Positions 44,380 to 53,707 are shown, numbered from the stretch's first letter. The stretch is DNA of 64,000 nucleotides from an uncultured Gammaproteobacteria bacterium (GCA_963748215.1 CAVVHS010000003.1:64001-128000), one strand, 5' to 3'. A program made the numbers and translations. Notes: a model not told the origin generated them from the sequence alone.

Positions 44380-45288
44380 ATGTTATCGAACAGAATCTTC
44401 GCGCTGCTGGTCGGCCTGCTGTCTCTACTGACGGTGACGCTTGCCGCGATGCCGGACCATGACGGTGAGCTGGCCAGTCGGCATGTCAAAACTATCGTAC
44501 TGGGTTCCGGTTGCTTCTGGGGTGCCGAAAAAGGCTACGAGGCCCTGCCCGGCGTGATCGACGCGGTATCCGGCTATGCCGATGGCCGCAACATAAAGCC
44601 CGTCTACAGGGAAATCACACGGTCCAAGTACCGGCACGACCCCGACAATTACGCCGAGGTGGTCGAGGTGCGCTACAACTCTGAAGTAATCAGTACCGGG
44701 GCGCTGTTGCGGCATTTCTTCGAGCACCACGACCCGACGCAGAAAAACCGGCAGGGCAATGACGTCGGCACCCAGTACCGGTCTATTGTTCTCTACACGG
44801 ACGATGAACAACGCGAAGTGGCGCAGCATACCCGGGACCAGTACCAGGCGTTGTTAACAGCCGCGGGATACGGCGCTATCGTTACAGAGATCAAGCCGCT
44901 GCAGGAATTTCACCGGGCCGAGGACAATCACCAGGATTATCTCGCGAAGAATCCCAACGGCTATTGCCCGAACCATGCGACGGGCGTGACCTTCGAAAAA
45001 GTCGTATTGATCCCGACCGACAACAGCGCATTGCTTGAAGGCAGGCAGATCCTGGTGCTGGAAGCCGAGCACTGTCCCTTGTGTGAAAGGTTCAAGCGGG
45101 ATGTAAGCAGCCAGTATCGGGGCAGCATCCCCATGACCTATCGCATGGCCTCGCAGCTGGATGGCCTCACACTTAAAACGCCAACCTGGGCCACACCCAC
45201 CATCTATTTCCTTGAGGATGGCAAGGAGGTGTTCGGTCACCAGGGTTACATGACTGCCACGGAATTCTACCAGGCGCTCAATCAATAG
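44380..45288 (+). CDS. msrA: Periplasmic methionine sulfoxide reductase A with C-terminal thioredoxin-like domain, probably 3'-truncated
   Basis: GCFWG, GTQYRS, AEDNHQDY; CPLC and WATPT; last codons AAT CAA TAG come from the repeat. Confidence 0.88.
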   Translation: MLSNRIFALLVGLLSLLTVTLAAMPDHDGELASRHVKTIVLGSGCFWGAEKGYEALPGVIDAVSGYADGRNIKPVYREITRSKYRHDPDNYAEVVEVRYNSEVISTGALLRHFFEHHDPTQKNRQGNDVGTQYRSIVLYTDDEQREVAQHTRDQYQALLTAAGYGAIVTEIKPLQEFHRAEDNHQDYLAKNPNGYCPNHATGVTFEKVVLIPTDNSALLEGRQILVLEAEHCPLCERFKRDVSSQYRGSIPMTYRMASQLDGLTLKTPTWATPTIYFLEDGKEVFGHQGYMTATEFYQALNQ

Positions 45289-45312
45289 GGTCAGACTCGA
45301 TTGATTCGTCAA
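45280..45312 (+). repeat. Type-1 arm, left flank of RAYT
   Basis: AATCAATAGGGTCAGACTCGATTGATTCGTCAA. Confidence 0.93.
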
Positions 45313-45398
45313 ATAGACAGCGTCTGACTGTTTCTCCTCTCCTGATGCGCTAGCGTCCTTGCTGTAGCCTGCCGGTTTGCGGGCACAGGAGGTGCGTT

Positions 45399-46121
45399 GT
45401 GGCGCGTCAACCACGTTTTGTTCTGCCGGGACATCCCCAGCATGTGATTCAGCGCGGAAACAACCGCCATGTCATTTTTGCCGATGAGGCAGACTACCGG
45501 TTTTATCTGGACACGCTGAAAGATGCGTGCGAGCGGTTTGCCTGTTATGTCCATGCTTATGTTCTGATGACTAACCATGTGCACTTGCTGATGACGCCTG
45601 ATTGTGAGGCGGGGATCAGCAAGGTCATGCAGTCACTCGGTCGCAGGTATGTACAGTATTTCAATTACCGCTATCGCCGTACCGGCACATTATGGGAAGG
45701 CCGCTACAAGGCAGCATTGCTGGACACGGAGCCGTATCTGCTGACCTGTTACCGCTATATCGAGCTAAACCCGGTGCGTGCCGGCATGGTCGTCCGGCCA
45801 GATGCGTATCGCTGGTCCAGCTATCGCTGCAATGCACTGGGTGAGCCGAACGTGCTGGTTACCCCGCATTATCTCTACCTGCAACTGGCCGAATCGGCGG
45901 AGCAGCGTTATCGAGCTTACCGCGTGCTGTTCAGGACTGTGTTGGAGGAGGTTGCTGTCGATGCCATTCGGGAGGCAACCAACAAGGCGTGGGTGTTGGG
46001 CGATGACCGGTTCAGGCTGGAAATCGAAGACCTGCTCATGCGTCAGACGGCGCCGAAATTGCGAGGTGGGGACAGAAAATCCGCGAGATTCCAGGAACGA
46101 CGAAAAATCAATCGAGTCTGA
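45399..46121 (+). CDS. REP-associated tyrosine transposase (RAYT/TnpA-REP, HUH Y1 family)
   Basis: HVIQRGNNR, YVLMTNHVHLL (HUH), LWEGRY, YIELNPVRAG (catalytic Tyr), YRWSSY; GTG start after AGGAGG; intact ORF. Confidence 0.92.
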   Translation: MARQPRFVLPGHPQHVIQRGNNRHVIFADEADYRFYLDTLKDACERFACYVHAYVLMTNHVHLLMTPDCEAGISKVMQSLGRRYVQYFNYRYRRTGTLWEGRYKAALLDTEPYLLTCYRYIELNPVRAGMVVRPDAYRWSSYRCNALGEPNVLVTPHYLYLQLAESAEQRYRAYRVLFRTVLEEVAVDAIREATNKAWVLGDDRFRLEIEDLLMRQTAPKLRGGDRKSARFQERRKINRV

Positions 46122-46132
46122 CCCCATTGATT
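46106..46132 (-). repeat. Type-1 arm, right flank of RAYT, inverted relative to 45280
   Basis: AATCAATCGAGTCTGACCCCATTGATT; contains the RAYT stop and overlaps the iaaA stop. Confidence 0.93.
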
Positions 46133-47072
46133 AGAATCGACAACAGGTCTCGCCCCCCTTTTCAATCCAGCCATGAATCATTTTCTTCGTGGTGAATCCG
46201 CTGGAGCAATTGCCGTCTTTATCGATGACAATGACACCGCCGCGCCCTTTTACCTTGCGCACCAGATATTCGATGCCGGCATCCGTTGCCTGTTTTGCAT
46301 CCATGCCTTTCATGAAAATGAAATCAGAGATGGTTTTTGCAATGACGGAGCGCATGAAATCTTCGCCGAAACCGGTAGCGGAAACGGCACAGGTCTCATT
46401 GTCAGCATAAACACCGGCTCCAATGATCGGTGAATCACCCACGCGACCCATACGCTTGTTAACGATGCCGCCGGTTGAAGTTGCGGCAGCCATGTTGCCT
46501 TCCGGATCACGGGCGATTGCCCCGATGGTTCCATATTTCTGGTCTTCCGAGTCTTCCTCGGTATCATCATGGTCGAGCATGACCTTGTGTTTCAGGCGCG
46601 CCTGGCGAAGTTGTTCCACGCGTTCAGTTGTATAGAAATAGTTTTCGGGCACGCGCTCCATACCGCTATGGTCAGCAAAGCGCATCGCACCTTCGGAAAT
46701 AAGCATGACATGTTCGCTTTCTGTCATGACCAGGCGTGCGAGCTGGACAGGATTGGCAATATTATCGACTGCCGCGACGGCGCCGGCCGACAGGTCACGG
46801 CCATCCATGATGGCCGCGTCCATTTCTACCTTGCCGTTTTCATTCAACACAGAACCGCAACCGGCATTGAAAACCGGGTCGTCTTCCAGAAGTGATGCGC
46901 AGGCTTCTACCGCCTGCAGCGCCGAACCTCCCAGCTCCATGATGTCACGGCCATGTTCGAGGGTCCTGCGAATACTATCGAGGTAACGAAACGCGGTTTT
47001 ATCGTCTCTGACGTTATCAAGCGCGCCGGCACCACCATGTACCATCAGGGAGTAGGCGCCGGGGGTGTTCAT
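46131..47072 (-). CDS. iaaA: Isoaspartyl peptidase / L-asparaginase (Ntn hydrolase)
   Basis: VHGGAG, EDDPVFNAG, EMDAAIMDG, GTIGA, TSTGG, GRVGDSPIIGAG. Confidence 0.9.
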   Translation of the reverse strand: MNTPGAYSLMVHGGAGALDNVRDDKTAFRYLDSIRRTLEHGRDIMELGGSALQAVEACASLLEDDPVFNAGCGSVLNENGKVEMDAAIMDGRDLSAGAVAAVDNIANPVQLARLVMTESEHVMLISEGAMRFADHSGMERVPENYFYTTERVEQLRQARLKHKVMLDHDDTEEDSEDQKYGTIGAIARDPEGNMAAATSTGGIVNKRMGRVGDSPIIGAGVYADNETCAVSATGFGEDFMRSVIAKTISDFIFMKGMDAKQATDAGIEYLVRKVKGRGGVIVIDKDGNCSSGFTTKKMIHGWIEKGGETCCRF

Positions 47073-47147
47073 GGGATGAGCAGGTTGTTATTTATCACCC
47101 GTACATTGTCACACATCGGTATACAGAATTCCCGAAAAAGAAGATCT

Positions 47148-48263
47148 CTATAACCGGGACTGAATCTCTTTCATGAGTGCTTCCTGGTATTCTGGAGAGC
47201 CGGCCAGCAACAGCACGAGCTTACCCTTAAATATGGTTCCCCAATTGACAATGACAAGTCCTTCTCCTGTTTTCATGTCGAACTCGAGGTCGCTGATATC
47301 CAGTTCGGACAGCTTCCGGTACCGGGTCTTGAAGGTCAGTGCACTCCATTCCGGAATATCCAGTTTCTGTGCTATCAGGCTCGGATAGGACGCACCATTA
47401 AACCTCGGATTGCACTCGATCGCTGGAAAACGGATACCATCAGGCGTTTTTACTACCGCGAGATCAAAAGCAAAGATACCTTTCATGCCCCGCTCCTTGA
47501 GCCAGAGGGCCATCGGTTCGACGGCCTCCCATGGCTCATGGTGGGACGGGAAACGGTTGCCCTGGTGGGCGCATCCCTCAAGAATTTGCTCGCTCGCGGC
47601 CAGTCGTAAAAGCCGGTCGCCAATAATTCGATACTGCATGTTGAGGAATACATCAGTTCTGATTTCTTCCTGCAGCTGAACCGGCACATCGCTGGAAAAT
47701 TCTTTCATCGCATTGCGCAGTTCTTCACGGTTGGCGCAGCGATAGATGCCGACACCGGAAACTGAAATCGCTGCCTTCAGATAACAGGGCATATTGAATG
47801 AGATGATGTCCATCTCGCTTATTTCACCAACACTGTCAAAACATTGCGTCTGTGGCACGTCGATACCCAGTTCTTCCGCAAGCGCCATGAAATTGTTTTT
47901 CGAGTTAATGAATTCGACGGTTTCCAGCCATTCCCGGTCATTCCAGGCCTTGCATTCCGCCGGCCCGAAATAAAATACGGAGGGCTTGTAACCCTTGTGT
48001 CGGGCCAACTCCTCCAGGCTCAGGTTCCAGATCACGTTTTCACTGTGGCTCAGTCCGATACGGCGATAATGACTCGCAATGTCTTTCCAGAGAGGTTTGA
48101 GCACGGGGTGCAGCTGTATGAAATCCTCAGGCTCGCTAAGCCCGAGTGCACGACCGGAATAAAGATCGTTTCCGACAACGCCATCCGCCGTGCAGTGCAT
48201 GATGTCATGATTTACGACGTAGCGGCCTGCTGGCAGTAATCCGTGGCTGAGATTGGTAGTCAT
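47148..48263 (-). CDS. ATP-grasp domain protein
   Basis: NSKNNF, YLKAAISVSGVG, FAFD, IECNPRFNGA. Confidence 0.8.
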   Translation of the reverse strand: MTTNLSHGLLPAGRYVVNHDIMHCTADGVVGNDLYSGRALGLSEPEDFIQLHPVLKPLWKDIASHYRRIGLSHSENVIWNLSLEELARHKGYKPSVFYFGPAECKAWNDREWLETVEFINSKNNFMALAEELGIDVPQTQCFDSVGEISEMDIISFNMPCYLKAAISVSGVGIYRCANREELRNAMKEFSSDVPVQLQEEIRTDVFLNMQYRIIGDRLLRLAASEQILEGCAHQGNRFPSHHEPWEAVEPMALWLKERGMKGIFAFDLAVVKTPDGIRFPAIECNPRFNGASYPSLIAQKLDIPEWSALTFKTRYRKLSELDISDLEFDMKTGEGLVIVNWGTIFKGKLVLLLAGSPEYQEALMKEIQSRL

Positions 48264-48420
48264 GGCACTTCCTGATAATTATCCCTGGTACTGGGGGATA
48301 AGCAGGATTGATGCCAATTACCAGGCTATATAAATCAATAACTAATAAATTCACTGGAACGAAAAATGCCTGTTTCTGGTGCATTGCTACTTTTTTTGAA
48401 CCATTCTGGTGTTCGATGGA

Positions 48421-48479
48421 AATAAACGGGGTCAGAGCAAAATCTTTTCCTATTATTAGTATGTGTGTGCTCTGACCCC
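48421..48479. repeat. Type-2 doublet
   Basis: AATAAACGGGGTCAGAGCAAAAT ... ATGTGTGTGCTCTGACCCC. Confidence 0.85.
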
Positions 48480-48509
48480 AATACTGTCAAAGATTGCGAG
48501 GTTTGGAAT

Positions 48510-49694
48510 ATGCCGGACATGCTATTGCTGGGTACGCGCAAGGGTACGGTGATCGTTGATCGTGCCGGGGGTGTCTGGCGTCCCCGACCCATTGCGCATA
48601 AAGGTATCCCGGTCTGTTACGCGGCACGTGACCCGCGTGACGGAATATTGTGGTCGTCACTGGACCATGGCCACTGGGGTCCCAAGCTGTCACGTTCGCG
48701 AGACGGTGGCGCCACCTGGGAGGACGTAGCGCCGGTCAAGTATCCGGCAGGTGCGCGCTACATCAAAAAGTACCTGCCGACCCCGGATTTCGACCCGGAA
48801 GCGCCGGCGGGTGCACCCGAGTACGGTGACGCAACGGTCTACAAGATCTGGCACATTGCCTTTGGCGGCCCGCAGCAGCCGGGCCGGCTGTACGCCGGCA
48901 CAATCCCGGGTGGGCTTTTTGTCGGCGATGATGGCGGTGACAGCTGGGATCTCAACCGGCCACTGTGGAACCACGATAGCCGCGGCGGTGACCTCTTTGC
49001 GGGCGATGCCACCAGCGAAAACCGCTGGCACGGTACGCCGGCGAGTATTGATTACGGCGTGTTCGAACCCGGTATTCACTCGATCATCGTCGACCCGCGC
49101 GATCCCGATCATCTCCATGTCGCGGTATCAACCGCCGGTGTGATCGAGACCACCGACGGTGGCAAGACCTGGGCGGGCCGTAACCAGGGTATGACAAATG
49201 ACTACATGCCGGACCCGGCGTCGGAGTGGGGCCACGATCCGCATTTTGTGACCGCTTGTTCCGGGCAGCCTGATCATCTCTGGCAGCAAAATCATTGCGG
49301 TGTCTTTTACAGTGATGACGGTGCCCGGCACTGGAAAAAGGTCAGCCAGCCGGAGGCCGATGTGCATTTCGGTTTCCCGATCGCGGTCGATGCACAGGAC
49401 GGCCGAAGGGCCTGGGTTGTGCCCGCCCGCGCGGATTCCGAGCGCATGGCGATTGACGGCGGCCTGTTTGTCGCGCAGACAACCGACGGCGGGCAGTCAT
49501 GGCGGGCTTTTCGTAACGGGTTGCCGCAGGACAACGCCTACGACATCGTCCTGCGACATGGTCTCGATGCATCGGGTGACTGCCTCTGTTTCGGCAGTAC
49601 GACCGGTAACGTCTACCTGTCGGAAGACCGCGGCGAATCCTGGCGATGCCTGGGTAACAACTTCCCGCCGGTGTATTCGGTGCGATTTGGCTGA
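48510..49694 (+). CDS. BNR/Asp-box beta-propeller protein (sialidase-like fold)
   Basis: Asp-boxes SRDGGATW, DDGGDSW, TTDGGKTW, SDDGARHW, TTDGGQSW, SEDRGESW. Confidence 0.88.
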   Translation: MPDMLLLGTRKGTVIVDRAGGVWRPRPIAHKGIPVCYAARDPRDGILWSSLDHGHWGPKLSRSRDGGATWEDVAPVKYPAGARYIKKYLPTPDFDPEAPAGAPEYGDATVYKIWHIAFGGPQQPGRLYAGTIPGGLFVGDDGGDSWDLNRPLWNHDSRGGDLFAGDATSENRWHGTPASIDYGVFEPGIHSIIVDPRDPDHLHVAVSTAGVIETTDGGKTWAGRNQGMTNDYMPDPASEWGHDPHFVTACSGQPDHLWQQNHCGVFYSDDGARHWKKVSQPEADVHFGFPIAVDAQDGRRAWVVPARADSERMAIDGGLFVAQTTDGGQSWRAFRNGLPQDNAYDIVLRHGLDASGDCLCFGSTTGNVYLSEDRGESWRCLGNNFPPVYSVRFG

Positions 49695-49699
49695 GCGCC

Positions 49700-49978
49700 A
49701 TGCCGACGGTTGAAATGACACGGCATCTGTACCGGTTCTTCCCGGCGCTCGAGAGCCGGGTGATCAGGGTGAATGCGGGTTCGGTTGCGGAAGTCTTGTG
49801 TGCGGTCAACGAACTGGCCCCGGGATTTACCGATTACGTGCTCGACGAGCATGGCGCGCTGCGAAGGCATGTGAATCTGAGTATCAATGACAGGATACTG
49901 ATTGACAGGAAGACGCTCTCTGACCGTGTTCCGGACGACGGGACGGTCTATATCTTCCAGGCATTGAGCGGAGGCTGA
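49700..49978 (+). CDS. MoaD/ThiS ubiquitin-like protein
   Basis: 92 aa ending ALSGG; LRRHVN motif. Confidence 0.88.
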   Translation: MPTVEMTRHLYRFFPALESRVIRVNAGSVAEVLCAVNELAPGFTDYVLDEHGALRRHVNLSINDRILIDRKTLSDRVPDDGTVYIFQALSGG

Positions 49979-49985
49979 ATGAGAC

Positions 49986-50003
49986 AAAAGGTGCTCTGAA
50001 GCC
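49986..50003 (-). repeat. Degenerate type-2 arm
   Basis: AAAAGGTGCTCTGAAGCC. Confidence 0.45.
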
Positions 50004-50008
50004 AACTG

Positions 50009-50314
50009 CTATTTGAGTCGTTTCGCAAGTTTTACAACCAGCGCCATCCCTGTAACCAGATAAACCATGGCAATAATCCTGATCGCCAGCGTTGTCTCGG
50101 AAACATGAGTGTGTGCGTTTGCCAGCAGCATGATCAGTAATGCACAAATGAACGTCACCAGGCCCCATGCCAGCCAGATAAATACCGGACGCGCACTGCG
50201 CCAGCACTTCTCTGCCATTGCGTCCTTGAGTATTGAGGCAAGACAAAGGGCTGATATCAGCACGAACACGCCTTTTGCCAGAAGCGTCAGAATATTGATT
50301 TCGATATTTGCCAT
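50009..50314 (-). CDS. Hypothetical three-TM membrane protein
   Basis: Three hydrophobic segments; lies between type-2 arms. Confidence 0.55.
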   Translation of the reverse strand: MANIEINILTLLAKGVFVLISALCLASILKDAMAEKCWRSARPVFIWLAWGLVTFICALLIMLLANAHTHVSETTLAIRIIAMVYLVTGMALVVKLAKRLK

Positions 50315-50341
50315 GCTTATTCGTTCTATATCATGTTTGCG

Positions 50342-50486
50342 ATAAATGGGTGTCAGAACACATTGTCCCTTCCCATCGCTATTGCCGGCAGTCATCGTCC
50401 CGATGCCGCAATGGTGATCGCCGGGAAGGGCCGAATATGGGGGAAATGACTGATTCTGTATCAGGAAAAATGTACTCTGACACCGT
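50342..50486. repeat. Type-2 doublet with long spacer
   Basis: ATAAATGGGTGTCAGAACACATT ... AAAAATGTACTCTGACACCG. Confidence 0.75.
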
Positions 50487-50489
50487 TTT

Positions 50490-51533
50490 CTATAACGGCA
50501 ATTTGTGGGAGGACAGGAACGTCCAGATGTGGTCGTTTGTCAGTTCGCGTGTGACCGGACCGATTCTCTCCTCCGGCAAATACTGGAACCCGTTGGGCCA
50601 GGTATGCCCGCCGCCATTGATGCGGTAGCCGACGAGCGGTGCCTGGCAGCGATGCCAATCGAGCCGGGTTACCTGCGTACCGTCATCGAATTGATCCATC
50701 AAGTCTGTTGCTGTTACTTCATTGGAACAGCCGTTGATTTCACGCCACACGCGCATGCTGCGTTCTACACCTATGTATGCGCCTTCGAAACCCTTCGCAC
50801 CCTTACAGCTCGGCGTACCCCCGCCGTAGCGCCAGGCGCAATCGGCCGTTCCATGTATCTGCAGAACTGGAACAGGCCGATCCGGTTTGCAACCTTGAAC
50901 GGCGCTCACCTGGTTGGCGCCGGCCACTGCCGCGATTGCCGCAATCCGGTGTGGCATTTCACAAGCCAAACGATGTGCCATAGCGGCGCCGTTCGATATT
51001 CCCGTTACATAGACCCGTCGCATGTCAACTGGGTGACTGGCCGTCAGCGCATCAAGCAACGCGTTGAAGTAGCCAATATCATCGACATTATTTTCACACG
51101 CCAGTCCTGACGTGCAAATCCATTGCTTGTCAATATCACCGCCGCCGGCGTTCCACGTACGAATGCGTTTCAACAGCCGGCGCGACGTGCCTCGGGGAAT
51201 AACGATGATATAAGCATTGCGGGCCGCGTGGTTTGTGATGCAATCCTGATGTGTAAGTTTGCCGTCTGGACAGGTCACGCGAATGGCATTAATTGCGTCC
51301 GAGCCGCCACCATGGAGGACAAGAAGTGCTGGTGCCGGCGTTTTCAGGCCGCCTGGAACGAAAATGTCATAGGGCCGTTCCGGGTATCCCGGCAACGCGA
51401 CACGCTCGTGGAAACGGTGTTCCTTGAGGCCCGGATCTTGCGTGGCCGTGGTTTGCGTACAGGCTGGCCCGACCAACACAGCCAGTGTGAGCACAATTGC
51501 AGAGGCATGTGTTCCAGCCGGTCTCAAGCCCAT
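50490..51533 (-). CDS. PHB-depolymerase-like (LpqC) alpha/beta hydrolase esterase
   Basis: VLHGGG, WNAG, VDDIGY, GISNG, IHGTAD, GGGHTWP. Confidence 0.88.
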   Translation of the reverse strand: MGLRPAGTHASAIVLTLAVLVGPACTQTTATQDPGLKEHRFHERVALPGYPERPYDIFVPGGLKTPAPALLVLHGGGSDAINAIRVTCPDGKLTHQDCITNHAARNAYIIVIPRGTSRRLLKRIRTWNAGGGDIDKQWICTSGLACENNVDDIGYFNALLDALTASHPVDMRRVYVTGISNGAAMAHRLACEMPHRIAAIAAVAGANQVSAVQGCKPDRPVPVLQIHGTADCAWRYGGGTPSCKGAKGFEGAYIGVERSMRVWREINGCSNEVTATDLMDQFDDGTQVTRLDWHRCQAPLVGYRINGGGHTWPNGFQYLPEERIGPVTRELTNDHIWTFLSSHKLPL

Positions 51534-51591
51534 GCCGTTTCTCCTTGAACTCGCAATAATCCGACAGAATACTAGTCGATTGAAAAATACG

Positions 51592-51797
51592 AATAAACGG
51601 GGGCAGGGCACAATTTTCCCTGATATCAGGATTAAGGAAGCTCTGATTAATCCGTCATTCCGGGCGAACCCAGGACTTGATCCGGGGGGGGGAGACCCGG
51701 AATCCAGGTGTGGCAGTTCACGCCGTTACTGGATTCCGGCGCATGCCGGAATGACGAGCATTGAGTTAATCAGAGTTTCCTTAAATCTGCTTGTCCC
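51592..51797. repeat. Type-2 doublet interrupted by a MITE
   Basis: Removing the MITE and one TTAA restores a sequence alignable by eye to 52631-52689. Confidence 0.65.
51632..51784. mobile_element. MITE with 19-bp inverted ends including flanking TTAA
   Basis: TTAAGGAAGCTCTGATTAA ... TTAATCAGAGTTTCCTTAA (18/19); internal GTCATTCCGG...CCGGAATGAC palindrome. Confidence 0.8.
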
Positions 51798-51865
51798 TGA
51801 TTGCCGCTTTGAACCCGGGCAGTCAGTCTCCCGGGTTCTTGCTGCCCGTGACCGCTTCCAATTAA

Positions 51866-51880
51866 GGGGCCGGATACATT
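51866..51880 (+). repeat. Type-3 arm
   Basis: GGGGCCGGATACATT. Confidence 0.6.
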
Positions 51881-51916
51881 ACATTCACAATCAAGCCATC
51901 ACATACCACAGAACAA

Positions 51917-52603
51917 ATGCGTTCGATCCTTCGCCTCCTGCCCGCCATGCTGCTCTGTGGCGCGCATCCTGCCACAGCCGACATTCGCCTGGAGGCAGAA
52001 ACTGTCTACTACACAGGCCCCATCGCCGCCATACAGAATCAGGAATTATTTGGTCTCGTATCCGGCAGGGCTGTCAACCGGTTGATGATTACCTCCGCTG
52101 GCGGCGAGGTCGAAGCCGGTATCGCGCTGGGTCTGTGGATTCATGAAAGCGGCATCGACGTGGAGGTTCCGGAATACTGCCTGTCATCCTGCGCCAATTA
52201 CGTTTTCCCTGCGGGAAAGCACAAGACCATCCATCCGGGCGCAGTCGTCGCATGGCACGGGAATTACAATCACCTGGTGCGGACCGGACTCTGGCAGGAC
52301 GATATCGCCGGGCGCATGGAACGCCTCGGGGAAGATGACGCCACCGCCAGACAGCATGTGCGCACGCAGGCCGAGAGGCTGGCTCACCTGGAGCGGGATT
52401 TCTTCGAGCGCATCGGGGTCGATGAATACCTGTGCTGGATCGGGAAGCAGCCGCCCTACAAAGTCACCAACTATTATTTTCTCTCGGCCCGGGACATGGC
52501 TCGCTTCGGTGTGACAAAGGTGCGGACCCCGCCGGACTACGCCGGCACAGACGTCTCCGGCTTTGACTCACACCTCGTGTACATCGAGCTGAAAAATCAA
52601 TAG
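51917..52603 (+). CDS. Hypothetical secreted protein (ClpP/crotonase-like N-terminal motifs)
   Basis: Signal peptide; ITSAGGEV, CLSSCANYVF; stop formed by AATCAATAG. Confidence 0.65.
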   Translation: MRSILRLLPAMLLCGAHPATADIRLEAETVYYTGPIAAIQNQELFGLVSGRAVNRLMITSAGGEVEAGIALGLWIHESGIDVEVPEYCLSSCANYVFPAGKHKTIHPGAVVAWHGNYNHLVRTGLWQDDIAGRMERLGEDDATARQHVRTQAERLAHLERDFFERIGVDEYLCWIGKQPPYKVTNYYFLSARDMARFGVTKVRTPPDYAGTDVSGFDSHLVYIELKNQ

Positions 52604-52689
52604 GAAAAATCAACCGGGTCAGACTCAACAAATAAATGGGACCAGAGCACAATTTCTCCTAATATTAGAGTTAATTGTGCTCAGGTCCC
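52595..52689. repeat. Partial type-1 arms plus type-2 doublet
   Basis: AATCAATAGG, AATCAACCGGGTCAGACTC, GGGACCAGAGCACAATT ... AATTGTGCTCAGGTCCC. Confidence 0.82.
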
Positions 52690-52756
52690 GATTGCCGGGT
52701 GAGTGGCACGTGTGCAGGGTCCGCTAACGTCGGGCGCAAAGAACAAGGTGATCGAT

Positions 52757-53707
52757 ATGAAACAGTTGCAAGCGGCAGTTACCCTCTTTTTGTCAACCAT
52801 GTCACTGGCTGCGTGGGCAGCGGATCCGCTTCCCGATTTTGCGGCGGAGCGGCTCAGCGACCGTGTCTGGGTAATACATGGCCCGACGGAATTGCCCAAT
52901 CCCGACAATCAGGGCTTTATGAATAATCCCGCCTTCGTGATTACCCGCAGTGGTGTGGTGGTCATCGACCCGGGTTCCACGCTCGAAACAGGGCGCATGG
53001 TGCTGCGACAGATCAGGCAGTTCACGGACCTGCCCGTGACTCATGTGTTCGCCTCGCATATTCACGGCGATCACTGGCTGGGTAACCAGGCCATCCGGGA
53101 AGTGTATCCAGCTGCCCGTTTCCACGCACACCCGGTGATGATCGAGCAGGCGAATGCGGGTGAGGCAAAAAGCTGGGTCGCAATCATGGAGCAGATGACC
53201 AAGGGCGCATCCAGGGGCACCGAAGCCGTCATTCCCGACCTGCCGCTGAAGGATGGCCAGGAGATCAACGTGGGTGATGTGACGTTCAGGGTCTATCTGT
53301 CAGACTGGGCGCACACCAGGACAGACGCGATGATCGAGGTTGTCGAGGATTCGCTGCTGGCAACCGGCGATAACGCCCTGTATATGCGCATCGGTCGTAT
53401 GGACGACGGGTCTTTCAGGGGCAATCTGTCTGCCTGTCAACAGGCGCTGGATCTGAAGTTGACACACTATATCCCCGGTCACGGTGCATCGGGCGGTCCG
53501 GAGGTGGTCAGGCCCTTCTGTGATTACCTGAAGATACTTTATGAAAAAGTCGCCGAATTGTACGCCGAGGGTATGAGCGACTTCGAAATGAAAGATGCTG
53601 TCGTCGAGAGTCTGTCGGCTTACCGGGACTGGTCGGGTTTCCAGGATGAAATTGGCAAGCACATCAGTCTCGCATTGCTCGAGATAGAACGGGCCGAATT
53701 CGAGTAG
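52757..53707 (+). CDS. Periplasmic MBL-fold metallohydrolase (SoxH-like)
   Basis: Signal peptide; SHIHGDHWLGN, AHT, TGD, IPGHG. Confidence 0.85.
   Translation: MKQLQAAVTLFLSTMSLAAWAADPLPDFAAERLSDRVWVIHGPTELPNPDNQGFMNNPAFVITRSGVVVIDPGSTLETGRMVLRQIRQFTDLPVTHVFASHIHGDHWLGNQAIREVYPAARFHAHPVMIEQANAGEAKSWVAIMEQMTKGASRGTEAVIPDLPLKDGQEINVGDVTFRVYLSDWAHTRTDAMIEVVEDSLLATGDNALYMRIGRMDDGSFRGNLSACQQALDLKLTHYIPGHGASGGPEVVRPFCDYLKILYEKVAELYAEGMSDFEMKDAVVESLSAYRDWSGFQDEIGKHISLALLEIERAEFE

Noticed and set aside
45399-46121. Canonical IS200/IS605 element with tnpB or an omega RNA
   Set aside because: No tnpB/iscB next to it; length and motifs (QRGNNR, NPVRAG, WSSY) fit RAYT rather than short IS200 TnpA.
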